In this document: positions 28,129-35,533 of the stretch, one piece after another
Position numbering within the stretch: position 1 is the first letter of the stretch
Layout: each line of letters starts with the position of its first letter
Program-made: the position numbers and the translations under genes
Virus record (IMG/VR): IMGVR_UViG_3300032268_000986
Span: 62,001-126,000 of that record
DNA length: 64,000 nt
Direction: 5' to 3' (one strand)
The notes under the pieces: model-generated
The model's database searches: none
What the model saw: the letters and a program-made list of their open reading frames with translations, nothing else
Told to the model about the DNA's origin: nothing

Positions 28129-28688
28129 TACAGTGTCTCGCCACCAACTGTGCGGTTGCATGCACAAAGTTCGCCAGTTTGCAATGCGTCAAGAACACGG
28201 AGTGTTTCTTCTGGGCTACGACCCACGTTCAAGTTGTTGACAGTGACGTGTTGGATAACGTTGTCTGGGTCAACAATGAATGTGGCACGAAGTGCGGCAC
28301 CTGCTGGAGCATAGAACACGCCCAGTTGTTCGATCAAACTTACGCCACCGCGCTCTTCACCGGGTTGGTGACGAGCAGTGTCAGCAAACTGGTGATGTGT
28401 GATCTTACGCAAGTCATCGTGGCTCTTTTGCCATGCTACCTTGCAGAACTCGTTGTCTGTTGATCCTGTGAGCAACACTGCATCACGATCCGCAAAGTCC
28501 TGTGCCAGTTTGTCATAGGCCACAATTTCTGTGGGGCAAACAAATGTGAAGTCTTTGGGGTAGTATACAATTACTTTCCACTTGCCAGGGAAGCTGGTTG
28601 CAGTGATGTCATAAAATGCATCATCAGGTTGTCCAGGCTTGACGCCTGTGATTGTGAACGGGGTCAATTTATCGCCAACTGTTTTCAT
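28128..28688 (-). CDS. ahpC: Peroxiredoxin AhpC
   Basis: YPKDFTFVCPTE, RATFIVDP, VGRSPEE, GELC. Confidence 0.95.
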   Translation of the reverse strand: MKTVGDKLTPFTITGVKPGQPDDAFYDITATSFPGKWKVIVYYPKDFTFVCPTEIVAYDKLAQDFADRDAVLLTGSTDNEFCKVAWQKSHDDLRKITHHQFADTARHQPGEERGGVSLIEQLGVFYAPAGAALRATFIVDPDNVIQHVTVNNLNVGRSPEETLRVLDALQTGELCACNRTVGGETL

Positions 28689-28789
28689 AATTTCTCCTTG
28701 TGCTTGAAAACCAATAACTCTCAGTATAAACACTGATACGCTATTATAATAGTATGTATCAATGAAGTCAAGTGAAAAATAGAATTTTT

Positions 28790-28810
28790 GCTATTGTATT
28801 TTTCAATAGC
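28790..28810. promoter_or_regulatory. LysR/OxyR-type inverted repeat upstream of the ahpC promoter
   Basis: GCTATTG-N7-CAATAGC; promoter TTGACT-N17-TATAAT at 28743-28771 (minus). Confidence 0.45.
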
Positions 28811-28815
28811 AACCA

Positions 28816-29028
28816 TTAAACTTTTTTATAGGGAGGATCAGCAGTCCACACAGCAGGCGGTGTATTTAAAATTGGGTCAGGCACAAACGACGAGTGGGCG
28901 TTATCCAACAACGGATAACTGCCCACAAATTCTTTGACACAGGTATATGACAGCGGATTTGATGCTGGGCGTGATCCAACCCGGCGCAACCGTGCCATCA
29001 TTTCCTGATCACGTACTGAAAAGTCCAT
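28816..29028 (-). CDS. Hypothetical protein
   Basis: TAAATA 4 nt before ATG. Confidence 0.5.
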   Translation of the reverse strand: MDFSVRDQEMMARLRRVGSRPASNPLSYTCVKEFVGSYPLLDNAHSSFVPDPILNTPPAVWTADPPYKKV

Positions 29029-29039
29029 GCTGTATTTAA

Positions 29040-29115
29040 TGGTCTCACTGCCAGGACTTGAACCTGGATCTACTGCTTAGGAGGCAGTGGTTCTATCCAG
29101 TTGAACTACAGCGAG
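29040..29115 (-). tRNA. tRNA-Arg(CCT)
   Basis: Cloverleaf, ACTGC-CTCCTAA-GCAGT, encoded CCA. Confidence 0.92.
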
Positions 29116-29742
29116 TCAGCGCCAAAACGTACACACTTGACCATTGTGCTCGGCACGGATATTTGTGACATGGTCGTAGATCTTGTCAAAAATTGTAGAG
29201 TATGTTTTGGTTGTAAAATGTGGAGCCACTGATGTAAACACTATACCATGTGGGCTGTGTTGGGCAAGGGCCAACATGAGATGATTTTGCATGGCCTTGC
29301 CACCGGCATAGCCAGCTGCCCAGGTGCTGTAGTCTCTTTGGTGTTCCCATGACATACCCGAGGTCATGAATACAACACTGCTGCCTGGCTTCAAGTATTG
29401 CATTGCACACAGTGAGACGGCATGTGGTATTCCGGCATGTATTCTCACAGTGTCTTGCCAGGCATGTTCTTGATAATGCTGTGTGCCGTCAAAACATCCA
29501 GGTTGGTCAGGCCAGCTGGCGGCAGTGGTATTGTACAGCACCAGATCCAAGGGTATGGCAGCGGCCACGGACTGAAATTTATCAACCACATCTTGGGTAT
29601 TGCCAAAATTGGCAGTTATGCTGTGGGGATGATCACAGTGTGATATAGTGTGAACTGTGTGCCCTTGATTTCTGGCACGGCTGCAAAAATCAGGACCAAA
29701 TTTACCGGTTGGTCCACCTCCCCCAAAAACGCAAATGTTCAT
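29116..29742 (-). CDS. Short-chain dehydrogenase-like protein
   Basis: ICVFGGG..GKFG, YAGGK (YxxxK). Confidence 0.7.
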   Translation of the reverse strand: MNICVFGGGGPTGKFGPDFCSRARNQGHTVHTISHCDHPHSITANFGNTQDVVDKFQSVAAAIPLDLVLYNTTAASWPDQPGCFDGTQHYQEHAWQDTVRIHAGIPHAVSLCAMQYLKPGSSVVFMTSGMSWEHQRDYSTWAAGYAGGKAMQNHLMLALAQHSPHGIVFTSVAPHFTTKTYSTIFDKIYDHVTNIRAEHNGQVCTFWR

Positions 29743-29747
29743 GACTG

Positions 29748-29900
29748 TTAGCTGGGAATAAGTCTGGGAAGGTAAGGAACTGCACGTGGTCCGTAGCGGG
29801 ATTGCAGTAAGAGACGAGCCTCTTGGGCTGTTTGAGCACCCACACGGTCTTTGAATTCTTTGCCATCGGGTGTGCGTATAGTGGCTTCAAAAAGTTTCAT
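29748..29900 (-). CDS. 50-aa hypothetical protein (not in ORF track)
   Basis: MKLFEATIRTPDGKEFKDRVGA...; TAAATA 5 nt before ATG. Confidence 0.6.
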   Translation of the reverse strand: MKLFEATIRTPDGKEFKDRVGAQTAQEARLLLQSRYGPRAVPYLPRLIPS

Positions 29901-29913
29901 ACCACTATTTATA

Positions 29914-29988
29914 TGGCCGGCCCTGCAGGAATCGAACCCACACCGCTTGGTTCGAAGCCAAGCATTCTATCCATTGAACTAAGGGCCG
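29914..29988 (-). tRNA. tRNA-Arg(TCG)
   Basis: CTTGG-CTTCGAA-CCAAG, CCA end. Confidence 0.92.
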
Positions 29989-30005
29989 TGTTTGATAAGT
30001 AATTT

Positions 30006-30707
30006 ATGCAAACAATTTTATATATTCTCATTGTAACACACATTACCATTGCATGTGTTACGCTATTTTTACATCGAAGTCAAGCACACCGAGGAGTTGA
30101 GTTTCATCCTGTGGTGAGTCATTTCATGCGATTCTGGCTATGGCTAACGACTGGCATGGTCACTCGCCAATGGGTTGCCGTACACCGCAAGCATCATAGA
30201 TTTACCGAACAGGATGGTGATCCGCACAGTCCACATGTGCATGGTTTTTGGCGTGTGCTGTTCACAGGTGCAGGTCTGTACCACTTGGCCAGCAAGGACT
30301 CGGCCATGGTCACACAATACGGCGCAGGAACACCCGATGACTGGGTAGAGCGCAACATATACTCCAAACACAGCAAACTAGGTATCTTGCTCATGTTGCT
30401 GATAGACATGGTATTGTTTGGTTGGTGGGGGTTGGTGGTATGGGGCATACAAATGATATGGATCCCATTCTGGGCAGCAGGAGTTATCAATGGAATTGGA
30501 CACTGGACCGGATACCGTAATGGTATTACTAAAGATCATAGTCGTAATATTAGTCCACTGGGCATTGTTATTGGTGGCGAAGAACTACACAACAATCACC
30601 ACTTGGATCCAGCAAATCCTCGTCTCAGTCGTCGCTGGTTTGAATTTGATATAGGCTGGGCGTACATACGCCTGTTGAGTGTGCTGAGACTGGCACACAC
30701 GAGATAA
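30006..30707 (+). CDS. Delta-9 fatty acid desaturase
   Basis: His boxes HRSQAH, HRKHH, GEELHNNHH; TM segments. Confidence 0.93.
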   Translation: MQTILYILIVTHITIACVTLFLHRSQAHRGVEFHPVVSHFMRFWLWLTTGMVTRQWVAVHRKHHRFTEQDGDPHSPHVHGFWRVLFTGAGLYHLASKDSAMVTQYGAGTPDDWVERNIYSKHSKLGILLMLLIDMVLFGWWGLVVWGIQMIWIPFWAAGVINGIGHWTGYRNGITKDHSRNISPLGIVIGGEELHNNHHLDPANPRLSRRWFEFDIGWAYIRLLSVLRLAHTR

Positions 30708-30708
30708 C

Positions 30709-30784
<76 letters not shown>

Positions 30785-30838
30785 ATGAAAGAAAAACCCT
30801 TGCCATGACCTCATTGAGCATCACGCAAGGGCCATGTC

Positions 30839-30912
30839 TGGAGCGGGATAGGAGAATCGAACTCCTAACTAAACCTTGGCAAGGTTTCGTTTGACCATTA
30901 AACTAATCCCGC
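30839..30912 (-). tRNA. tRNA-Gly(GCC)
   Basis: AAACC-TTGCCAA-GGTTT. Confidence 0.93.
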
Positions 30913-30929
30913 GATAACTTTATAATAAA

Positions 30930-31132
30930 AAGTGTCCGGCTACTCACACCACATGAGCCCCGGACTGAGCGGTTACTCTGTCCACTACATTTATTCTTTT
31001 GGAATGGCGTTAGTACCACACCCTAGGCAGTTTTCAGGATCTCCGAAAGGGAGACTGTAAGGTCAGGTCCTAGTGTACCCCCTGGTCTATCGTTACAGGG
31101 ACGCTATTTCGTTAACGTAGAAATAGTAAGAC
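30930..31132 (-). ncRNA. Candidate structured ncRNA
   Basis: ORF-free; hairpins CTATTTC/GAAATAG, CCCTG/CAGGG, CTAGG/CCTAG, TCTCC/GGAGA, GTCCGG/CCGGAC. Confidence 0.45.
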
Positions 31133-31138
31133 GGGATA

Positions 31139-31705
31139 TTACACCAAGCCTTGACTGGTCAACACAGCCTGGGTACTGGCACTCACAGCAATCTCAGTGC
31201 GAACATTGAGCTCTAGGATTTCGTCCTGAGTTTTCTGTTTGGCTTTCTTGAGTTGGGCCACTTCCTTTCGAAAACCATCAAGGTCTTCTTGTGCAAACAC
31301 CGAAGTGTCCACTGTGGATTCAAAGCCGTACACACGACTGGTTTCAGTGCGAGTACGCATCTTTTCCAGCTTGCCAGCAACCACAGCCGCACTCTCACGA
31401 ACCTTTTGACTCACAAGGTTGGTGTACAGCTGGATCAGTTTGTCCTGGTGCGCAACTTGCGCCAGCTTGGCGTCAATGCCGGCTGTGTGGTTGGCTGTGC
31501 TCACAGCCTGGCGAATTTCGTACAAGGCATTGTACAAGTACTTGCGAGTGTCCAGCTGACTTAGAGTCTGCACACGAACACGAGCAATTTCTGCTTCGGC
31601 GTCCTGGAATTCATTCAGGCCAACCACTGGGTTAGACTCAAGACTCTTGATGGCATCATTGATGGAGTTTTGCAAGGCATTGGCTTTACGCAGGGAAATA
31701 TTCAT
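31139..31705 (-). CDS. Coiled-coil protein, possible remote DIP1984/DUF6847-like
   Basis: IRQAVSTAN, DAKLA, C-terminal DEILELNVRTEI; similarity by eye only. Confidence 0.5.
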   Translation of the reverse strand: MNISLRKANALQNSINDAIKSLESNPVVGLNEFQDAEAEIARVRVQTLSQLDTRKYLYNALYEIRQAVSTANHTAGIDAKLAQVAHQDKLIQLYTNLVSQKVRESAAVVAGKLEKMRTRTETSRVYGFESTVDTSVFAQEDLDGFRKEVAQLKKAKQKTQDEILELNVRTEIAVSASTQAVLTSQGLV

Positions 31706-32026
31706 GGTATTCTCTTTTCAAAGTAAAAATAACGATGTTGCAAAAGGTCAAGTAACAGACTGGACAACATGCAAACATCAAGTCACAACATGCAAAGCAC
31801 AGTGACCTGTATATGTCTGGCTAGCAAATCACAAATCCGATACAGTAATTCCAGAGCACACAAGTACGATCCGGTTGTTACACCGGAGGCCATAATTGTT
31901 CATTTTAGCATGAAGCTAAAACGTTTTTGTCTGTCCTCATCTACCTTTTGCTTCACCGGTTGACACAGTGTGTCAACAAACACAATTATAGCAAAACACT
32001 AGAGGTTAGTCTAGTGTTTTGGAGAT

Positions 32027-32497
32027 CTATGCGGCTTGCAGACCTTTGAATCGGTCGGCAGCATAGCTGGCAGCAAATGCATAGGGCTTCACAAACGGAA
32101 TCACGTTGCATGTGCCTTTGATGTAGCCCACGGCCTGCGAAATCACACAGCTTGAGCCATGCATTTCGTCAGGGTTGATGTCCAGGTGAACTTCAACATC
32201 CCGACCTTCCAACACTTCGGCCAGTTTGAGATACAGTTCCGAAACCTTGTAGACTTCGGTCATGAGTCGCATGGCAGGCTTACCGGGTTTTTGATCCCAC
32301 ACCCGTTCACGCTGAACTTCGCCAAAGATTTTGCAACCATTGTTGCCGTTGATGTGAACCACAATGGCCAACACATAATCGGCCCACCACTCATTGTTGA
32401 TCTTGATACGTTCCGAGTCGCATCCAAGATAGATGCGAGTTTCGGGCGTTTGTGCCTCGATAAAAGTCTTGACTTCTTCTAGATTGAGCTTTTTCAT
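32027..32497 (-). CDS. RNase H-like YkuK (DUF458) family protein
   Basis: IYLGCDS, RLMTEV, EVHLDIN, KPYAFAASYAAD. Confidence 0.85.
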   Translation of the reverse strand: MKKLNLEEVKTFIEAQTPETRIYLGCDSERIKINNEWWADYVLAIVVHINGNNGCKIFGEVQRERVWDQKPGKPAMRLMTEVYKVSELYLKLAEVLEGRDVEVHLDINPDEMHGSSCVISQAVGYIKGTCNVIPFVKPYAFAASYAADRFKGLQAA

Positions 32498-32523
32498 AAG
32501 TGCCCTGTAATATTTAGCTATTG

Positions 32524-32605
32524 TGGTACCCCAACCCGGACTTGAACCGGGACGCCGAAGCAGTAGATTTTGAGTCTACCGTGTCTACCATTCCACCATC
32601 GGGGC
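32524..32605 (-). tRNA. tRNA-Leu(CAA)
   Basis: GTAGA-CTCAAAA-TCTAC, variable arm. Confidence 0.93.
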
Positions 32606-32621
32606 ATGGGTCCAATATAAA

Positions 32622-33203
32622 TTATATTGGAATCCAGTGATTTAATCTATCTCTGGGATCAATACGGGCAGCTGGTACAATATCAAATGCTATGGTAATG
32701 CGAGGCTCAGGCAAGTGCCATGGCCAAGTACGATGGGAATCGCCTTGATTTTCACTCAACACCAATAGATTATTTTTTCCAACCACATCAAATTCTGTTT
32801 CATCAGGCAATCGATACGTGGTGTTGCTGGGCTCGGTGTCCACACAAAAAAATCCATGCCAACCACAATGCAATGAAAGATTGTGCCTGTGCCAATCTAT
32901 GTATTCATCTGTGTGACAGTAATTTAACCAAGCCTGACAATAGTATGCAGTGTTGTCGCAATGTTCTCTAAACATTGTTTTTAGTTCTAAATACAATTGA
33001 TGAAATTCTGGATAAGGGTACATAAAAATATTGTAATTCTTAAACAGTTGAGTTACTAACGAATTGGTTATCCTTGTCGTGCCAGGATCTTGTTTCTCAG
33101 GCCATGTATCAAGCACCAGTTGCCGCATCAACTCACAACTTGATTTTAGCTGTGCAAGATCTAGCTTCAGTTCTTTTGTTAGAATATAGTTGTGATGATT
33201 CAT
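32622..33203 (-). CDS. Putative 2OG-Fe(II) oxygenase
   Basis: QAWLN, WHRH, HRT, RITIAFD; start MNHH (track start lies in a tRNA). Confidence 0.65.
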   Translation of the reverse strand: MNHHNYILTKELKLDLAQLKSSCELMRQLVLDTWPEKQDPGTTRITNSLVTQLFKNYNIFMYPYPEFHQLYLELKTMFREHCDNTAYYCQAWLNYCHTDEYIDWHRHNLSLHCGWHGFFCVDTEPSNTTYRLPDETEFDVVGKNNLLVLSENQGDSHRTWPWHLPEPRITIAFDIVPAARIDPRDRLNHWIPI

Positions 33204-33223
33204 AAAATTAAACACTCTAAAAT

Positions 33224-33300
33224 TGGTCTCTGTAGCAGGATTCGAACCTGCGACCCCTTGCACCCCATGCAAGTGCGCTACCAGGCTGCGCCACACAGAG
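33224..33300 (-). tRNA. tRNA-Pro(GGG)
   Basis: CTTGC-ATGGGGT-GCAAG. Confidence 0.93.
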
Positions 33301-33328
33301 ATTTATTTTTACATACAAAAATAAAAAA

Positions 33329-33500
33329 TGCAAACAATCCGGTTTCGCCAGGGCCTCTGCAAGTCATCGACAATAGATAACTTTTCACACCGGAAACAGA
33401 GATAGACCTCTCATCTACCCAACTGGTCCATGTTAGATTAGTCGGATTACCAGTCCAAGAGCTAACTGGGGTATTACCCCCGCACGAGTCTTTGTTTGCA
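33329..33500 (-). ncRNA. Candidate stem-closed ncRNA
   Basis: Terminal 9-bp TGCAAACAA/TTGTTTGCA; internal hairpins. Confidence 0.4.
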
Positions 33501-33504
33501 AAAA

Positions 33505-33575
33505 TGGCGGGCCTGTACAGGAATCGAACCTGCCATCCGGCGCTTTGGACACGCCACGAATCTCCAGAGTGACCC
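33505..33575 (-). tRNA. Atypical tRNA-like gene, anticodon CCA (Trp), degenerate D arm
   Basis: T arm GCAGG-TTCGATT-CCTGT, anticodon arm GGCGT-GTCCAAA-GCGCC, 5-bp acceptor, CCA. Confidence 0.55.
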
Positions 33576-33580
33576 ATGAT

Positions 33581-33654
33581 TGGTGGACCGTGGGAGAGTC
33601 GAACTCCCGATGCTGCCATGCCATGGCAGAGTTATCCCATTTAACTAACAGCCC
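33581..33654 (-). tRNA. tRNA-Ala(GGC)
   Basis: G3:U70, CTGCC-ATGGCAT-GGCAG. Confidence 0.9.
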
Positions 33655-33658
33655 GTTG

Positions 33659-33742
33659 TGGTACGAGAGACGGGACTCGAACCCGTATGCCTTGCGACGG
33701 GAGATTTTAAGTCTCCTGAGTATACCATTTCTCCACTCTCGC
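33659..33742 (-). tRNA. tRNA-Leu(TAA)
   Basis: GGAGA-CTTAAAA-TCTCC, variable arm. Confidence 0.93.
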
Positions 33743-33746
33743 ATTT

Positions 33747-33822
33747 TGGTGCGTGATGACGGAGTCGAACCGCCGGCATCCAACGAGTCAAATTGGCACT
33801 CTACCAACTGAGTTAATCACGC
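33747..33822 (-). tRNA. tRNA-Val(GAC)
   Basis: CCAAT-TTGACTC-GTTGG (unusual U37). Confidence 0.85.
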
Positions 33823-33828
33823 AAGACT

Positions 33829-33905
33829 TGGTGCCCCAGAGGAGACTCGAACTCCTAAAATTTGGTTTCTAAGACCAACACGTATACCAATTCCGTCACC
33901 GGGGC
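33829..33905 (-). tRNA. tRNA-Leu(TAG), short variable loop
   Basis: TTGGT-CTTAGAA-ACCAA. Confidence 0.88.
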
Positions 33906-33919
33906 AAATTTCAATAACA

Positions 33920-33995
33920 TGGTACCACGAGCTGGACTCGAACCAGCCACACACAGATTTTCAGTCTGCTGCTCTACCTGATGAGCTACCGCGGC
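33920..33995 (-). tRNA. tRNA-Phe(GAA)
   Basis: GCAGA-CTGAAAA-TCTGT. Confidence 0.94.
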
Positions 33996-34000
33996 AAAAA

Positions 34001-34089
34001 TGGAGGAAGGCTAGTAGAATCGAACTCTATGCGCTTTCGCACACCTTCTGTTTTCAAGACAGAGTCAGGCCCAGCCTGATTAACCTTCC
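34001..34089 (-). tRNA. tRNA-Ser(TGA), atypical fold
   Basis: TCTGT-CTTGAAA-ACAGA, long variable arm, 5-bp D stem, U73. Confidence 0.75.
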
Positions 34090-34098
34090 ATTATTCAA

Positions 34099-34266
34099 TT
34101 ACTTTTTTTCTCGACGTGTGCTTTTTTGATGCACTTGTTCTTGAGCAACTTTCACATAACTGCGAATAAATGCACCACGTCTATGGTTATCCAAAATGGT
34201 GCAAGCCAGAGTTTTAACTGGTTTGCCAATCTTTACTGCACGTGAATCATAACCTCTGCAAGTCAT
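34099..34266 (-). CDS. 55-aa basic hypothetical protein
   Basis: SD aagga, MTCRGYDSRAVK... Confidence 0.65.
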   Translation of the reverse strand: MTCRGYDSRAVKIGKPVKTLACTILDNHRRGAFIRSYVKVAQEQVHQKSTRREKK

Positions 34267-34286
34267 ATTTGTTCCTTTAAATTTTT

Positions 34287-34363
34287 TGGTCGGAGTACAA
34301 GGATTCGAACCTTGGACCCCCTGGTCCCAAACCAGGTGCGCTACCAGACTGCGCCACACTCCG
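34287..34363 (-). tRNA. tRNA-Pro(TGG)
   Basis: CCTGG-TTTGGGA-CCAGG. Confidence 0.95.
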
Positions 34364-34369
34364 AAATAC

Positions 34370-34444
34370 TGGTACCTGGACACGGTTTCGAACCGCGGAC
34401 CCTCTCGGTGTAAACGAGATGCTCTACCCCTGAGCTATCCAGGC
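34370..34444 (-). tRNA. tRNA-Val(TAC)
   Basis: TCTCG-TTTACAC-CGAGA. Confidence 0.94.
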
Positions 34445-34449
34445 AATCA

Positions 34450-34523
34450 TGGAGCGGGATGGGGGAATCGAACCCCCGACTTTAGCTTGGAAGGCTAAGG
34501 TAATACCATTTTACGAATCCCGC
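34450..34523 (-). tRNA. tRNA-Gly(TCC)
   Basis: TTAGC-CTTCCAA-GCTAA. Confidence 0.94.
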
Positions 34524-34531
34524 ATGTTTGT

Positions 34532-34560
34532 ATTATACAGCCGACAATCGCAGTTGTCAA
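34532..34560 (-). promoter_or_regulatory. Consensus sigma70 promoter TTGACA-N17-TATAAT inside tRNA array
   Basis: Perfect hexamers and 17-nt spacer; the same at 35497-35525 and 47247-47275. Confidence 0.85.
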
Positions 34561-34567
34561 CATTATC

Positions 34568-34642
34568 TGGTGGATGTAAGTAGATTCGAACTACTGACCT
34601 GCCGCGTATGAAGCGGATGCACTACCGCTGTGCTATACATCC
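34568..34642 (-). tRNA. tRNA-Met(CAT), probably elongator
   Basis: CCGC-TTCATAC-GCGG, paired 1:72. Confidence 0.85.
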
Positions 34643-34647
34643 AAAAT

Positions 34648-34722
34648 TGGGGTGTCGTATGAGAATCGAACTCATGACAGCGGAATCACAACCCGCGGTT
34701 TTGCCACTAAACTAACGTCACC
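34648..34722 (-). tRNA. tRNA-His(GTG)
   Basis: GTG anticodon, G-1:C73. Confidence 0.92.
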
Positions 34723-34842
34723 ATATAGAAACACTTTCAATATCAGTTCCTTGCTGGCACAAAGAACCTTTCGCCTCTGCCAGGAGACCGAACATTGGCC
34801 GCGCTCATTGGCGGTTACTGTCCGTCAAAAATGTTTTTATAT
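34723..34842 (-). ncRNA. Candidate kissing-loop ncRNA
   Basis: Terminal AT-rich stem; two hairpin loops CTGGCA and TGCCAG are exact complements. Confidence 0.6.
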
Positions 34843-34915
34843 GGTAGGGGCACAGAGAATCGAACTCTGATTAATAGGTTAAAAGCCTACTACTTTGCCG
34901 TTAAGTTATACCCCC
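34842..34915 (-). tRNA. tRNA-Lys(TTT)
   Basis: TAGG-CTTTTAA-CCTA. Confidence 0.92.
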
Positions 34916-34918
34916 ATA

Positions 34919-34993
34919 TGGTCCCTCCGGTGAGATTTGAACTCACACTTCTCGGATTAAGAGTCCGGTATGCTACCGTAACATCTCAGAGGG
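34919..34993 (-). tRNA. tRNA-Lys(CTT), atypical body (A8/U14)
   Basis: CGGA-CTCTTAA-TCCG, CCA end. Confidence 0.8.
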
Positions 34994-35054
34994 ATGGATC
35001 GTAAAGAATTGTCTTTCACGTGCCATCCCTGACCATACGGGGTCAAGAATGACA

Positions 35055-35075
35055 CTAACGTTTGGCACGTTTCAT
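35055..35075 (-). CDS. Mini-ORF MKRAKR with strong SD
   Basis: AAGGAGA-acgac-ATG AAA CGT GCC AAA CGT TAG. Confidence 0.55.
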   Translation of the reverse strand: MKRAKR

Positions 35076-35098
35076 GTCGTTCTCCTTGTTTAAAAAAT

Positions 35099-35175
35099 TG
35101 GTGCCGCGTGAGAGATTCGAACTCCCCGCCCCTGCGTTCGTAGCACAGTGCTCTATCCAAATGAGCTAACGCGAC
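35099..35175 (-). tRNA. tRNA-Arg(ACG)
   Basis: CTGTG-CTACGAA-CGCAG. Confidence 0.93.
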
Positions 35176-35232
35176 CTAGAAAAGAATAGCCCAGGGACCT
35201 AACTCGTCAAAGGAGAGTATGGACTATGTTTG

Positions 35233-35307
35233 TGGTGCCCCGGGGGTGAATCGAACACCCGACCTCGGATTACAAAACCGATGTTTTACCACTAGAACTA
35301 ACGGGGC
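35233..35307 (-). tRNA. tRNA-Thr(TGT)
   Basis: TGT anticodon cloverleaf. Confidence 0.92.
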
Positions 35308-35314
35308 ATGTTGT

Positions 35315-35404
35315 TGGCGGTGCGACTGAGACTCGAACTCAGAAAGCGGCTTTCACCACTCGACGGATTAGCAATCCGCTCCAATACCATTATGGGACCG
35401 CACC
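35315..35404 (-). tRNA. tRNA-Ser(GCT)
   Basis: GCGGA-TTGCTAA-TCCGT, long variable arm, G73. Confidence 0.92.
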
Positions 35405-35412
35405 TCAAAAAT

Positions 35413-35488
35413 TGGCTCCCCAGGGTGGGATCGAACCACCGACACCTTGATTAACAGTCAAGTGCAACTACCGCTGTGCTACTAGGGA
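35413..35488 (-). tRNA. tRNA-Asn(GTT)
   Basis: CTTGA-CTGTTAA-TCAAG. Confidence 0.94.
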
Positions 35489-35533
35489 ATAATACAATTA
35501 TATAGTCAACAGGTGTTGCTGTCAACTAAAACT

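Noticed and set aside
29702-29890. 62-aa track ORF
   Set aside because: The alternative frame 29748-29900 has the TAAATA-N5-ATG signature and avoids overlap with the SDR gene
33337-33395. Hammerhead-like GATGA...CGAAAC with CCGGT/ACCGG stem
   Set aside because: The core reads UCGAUGA rather than CUGAUGA, the cleavage-site base would be G, and stems I/II do not form convincingly
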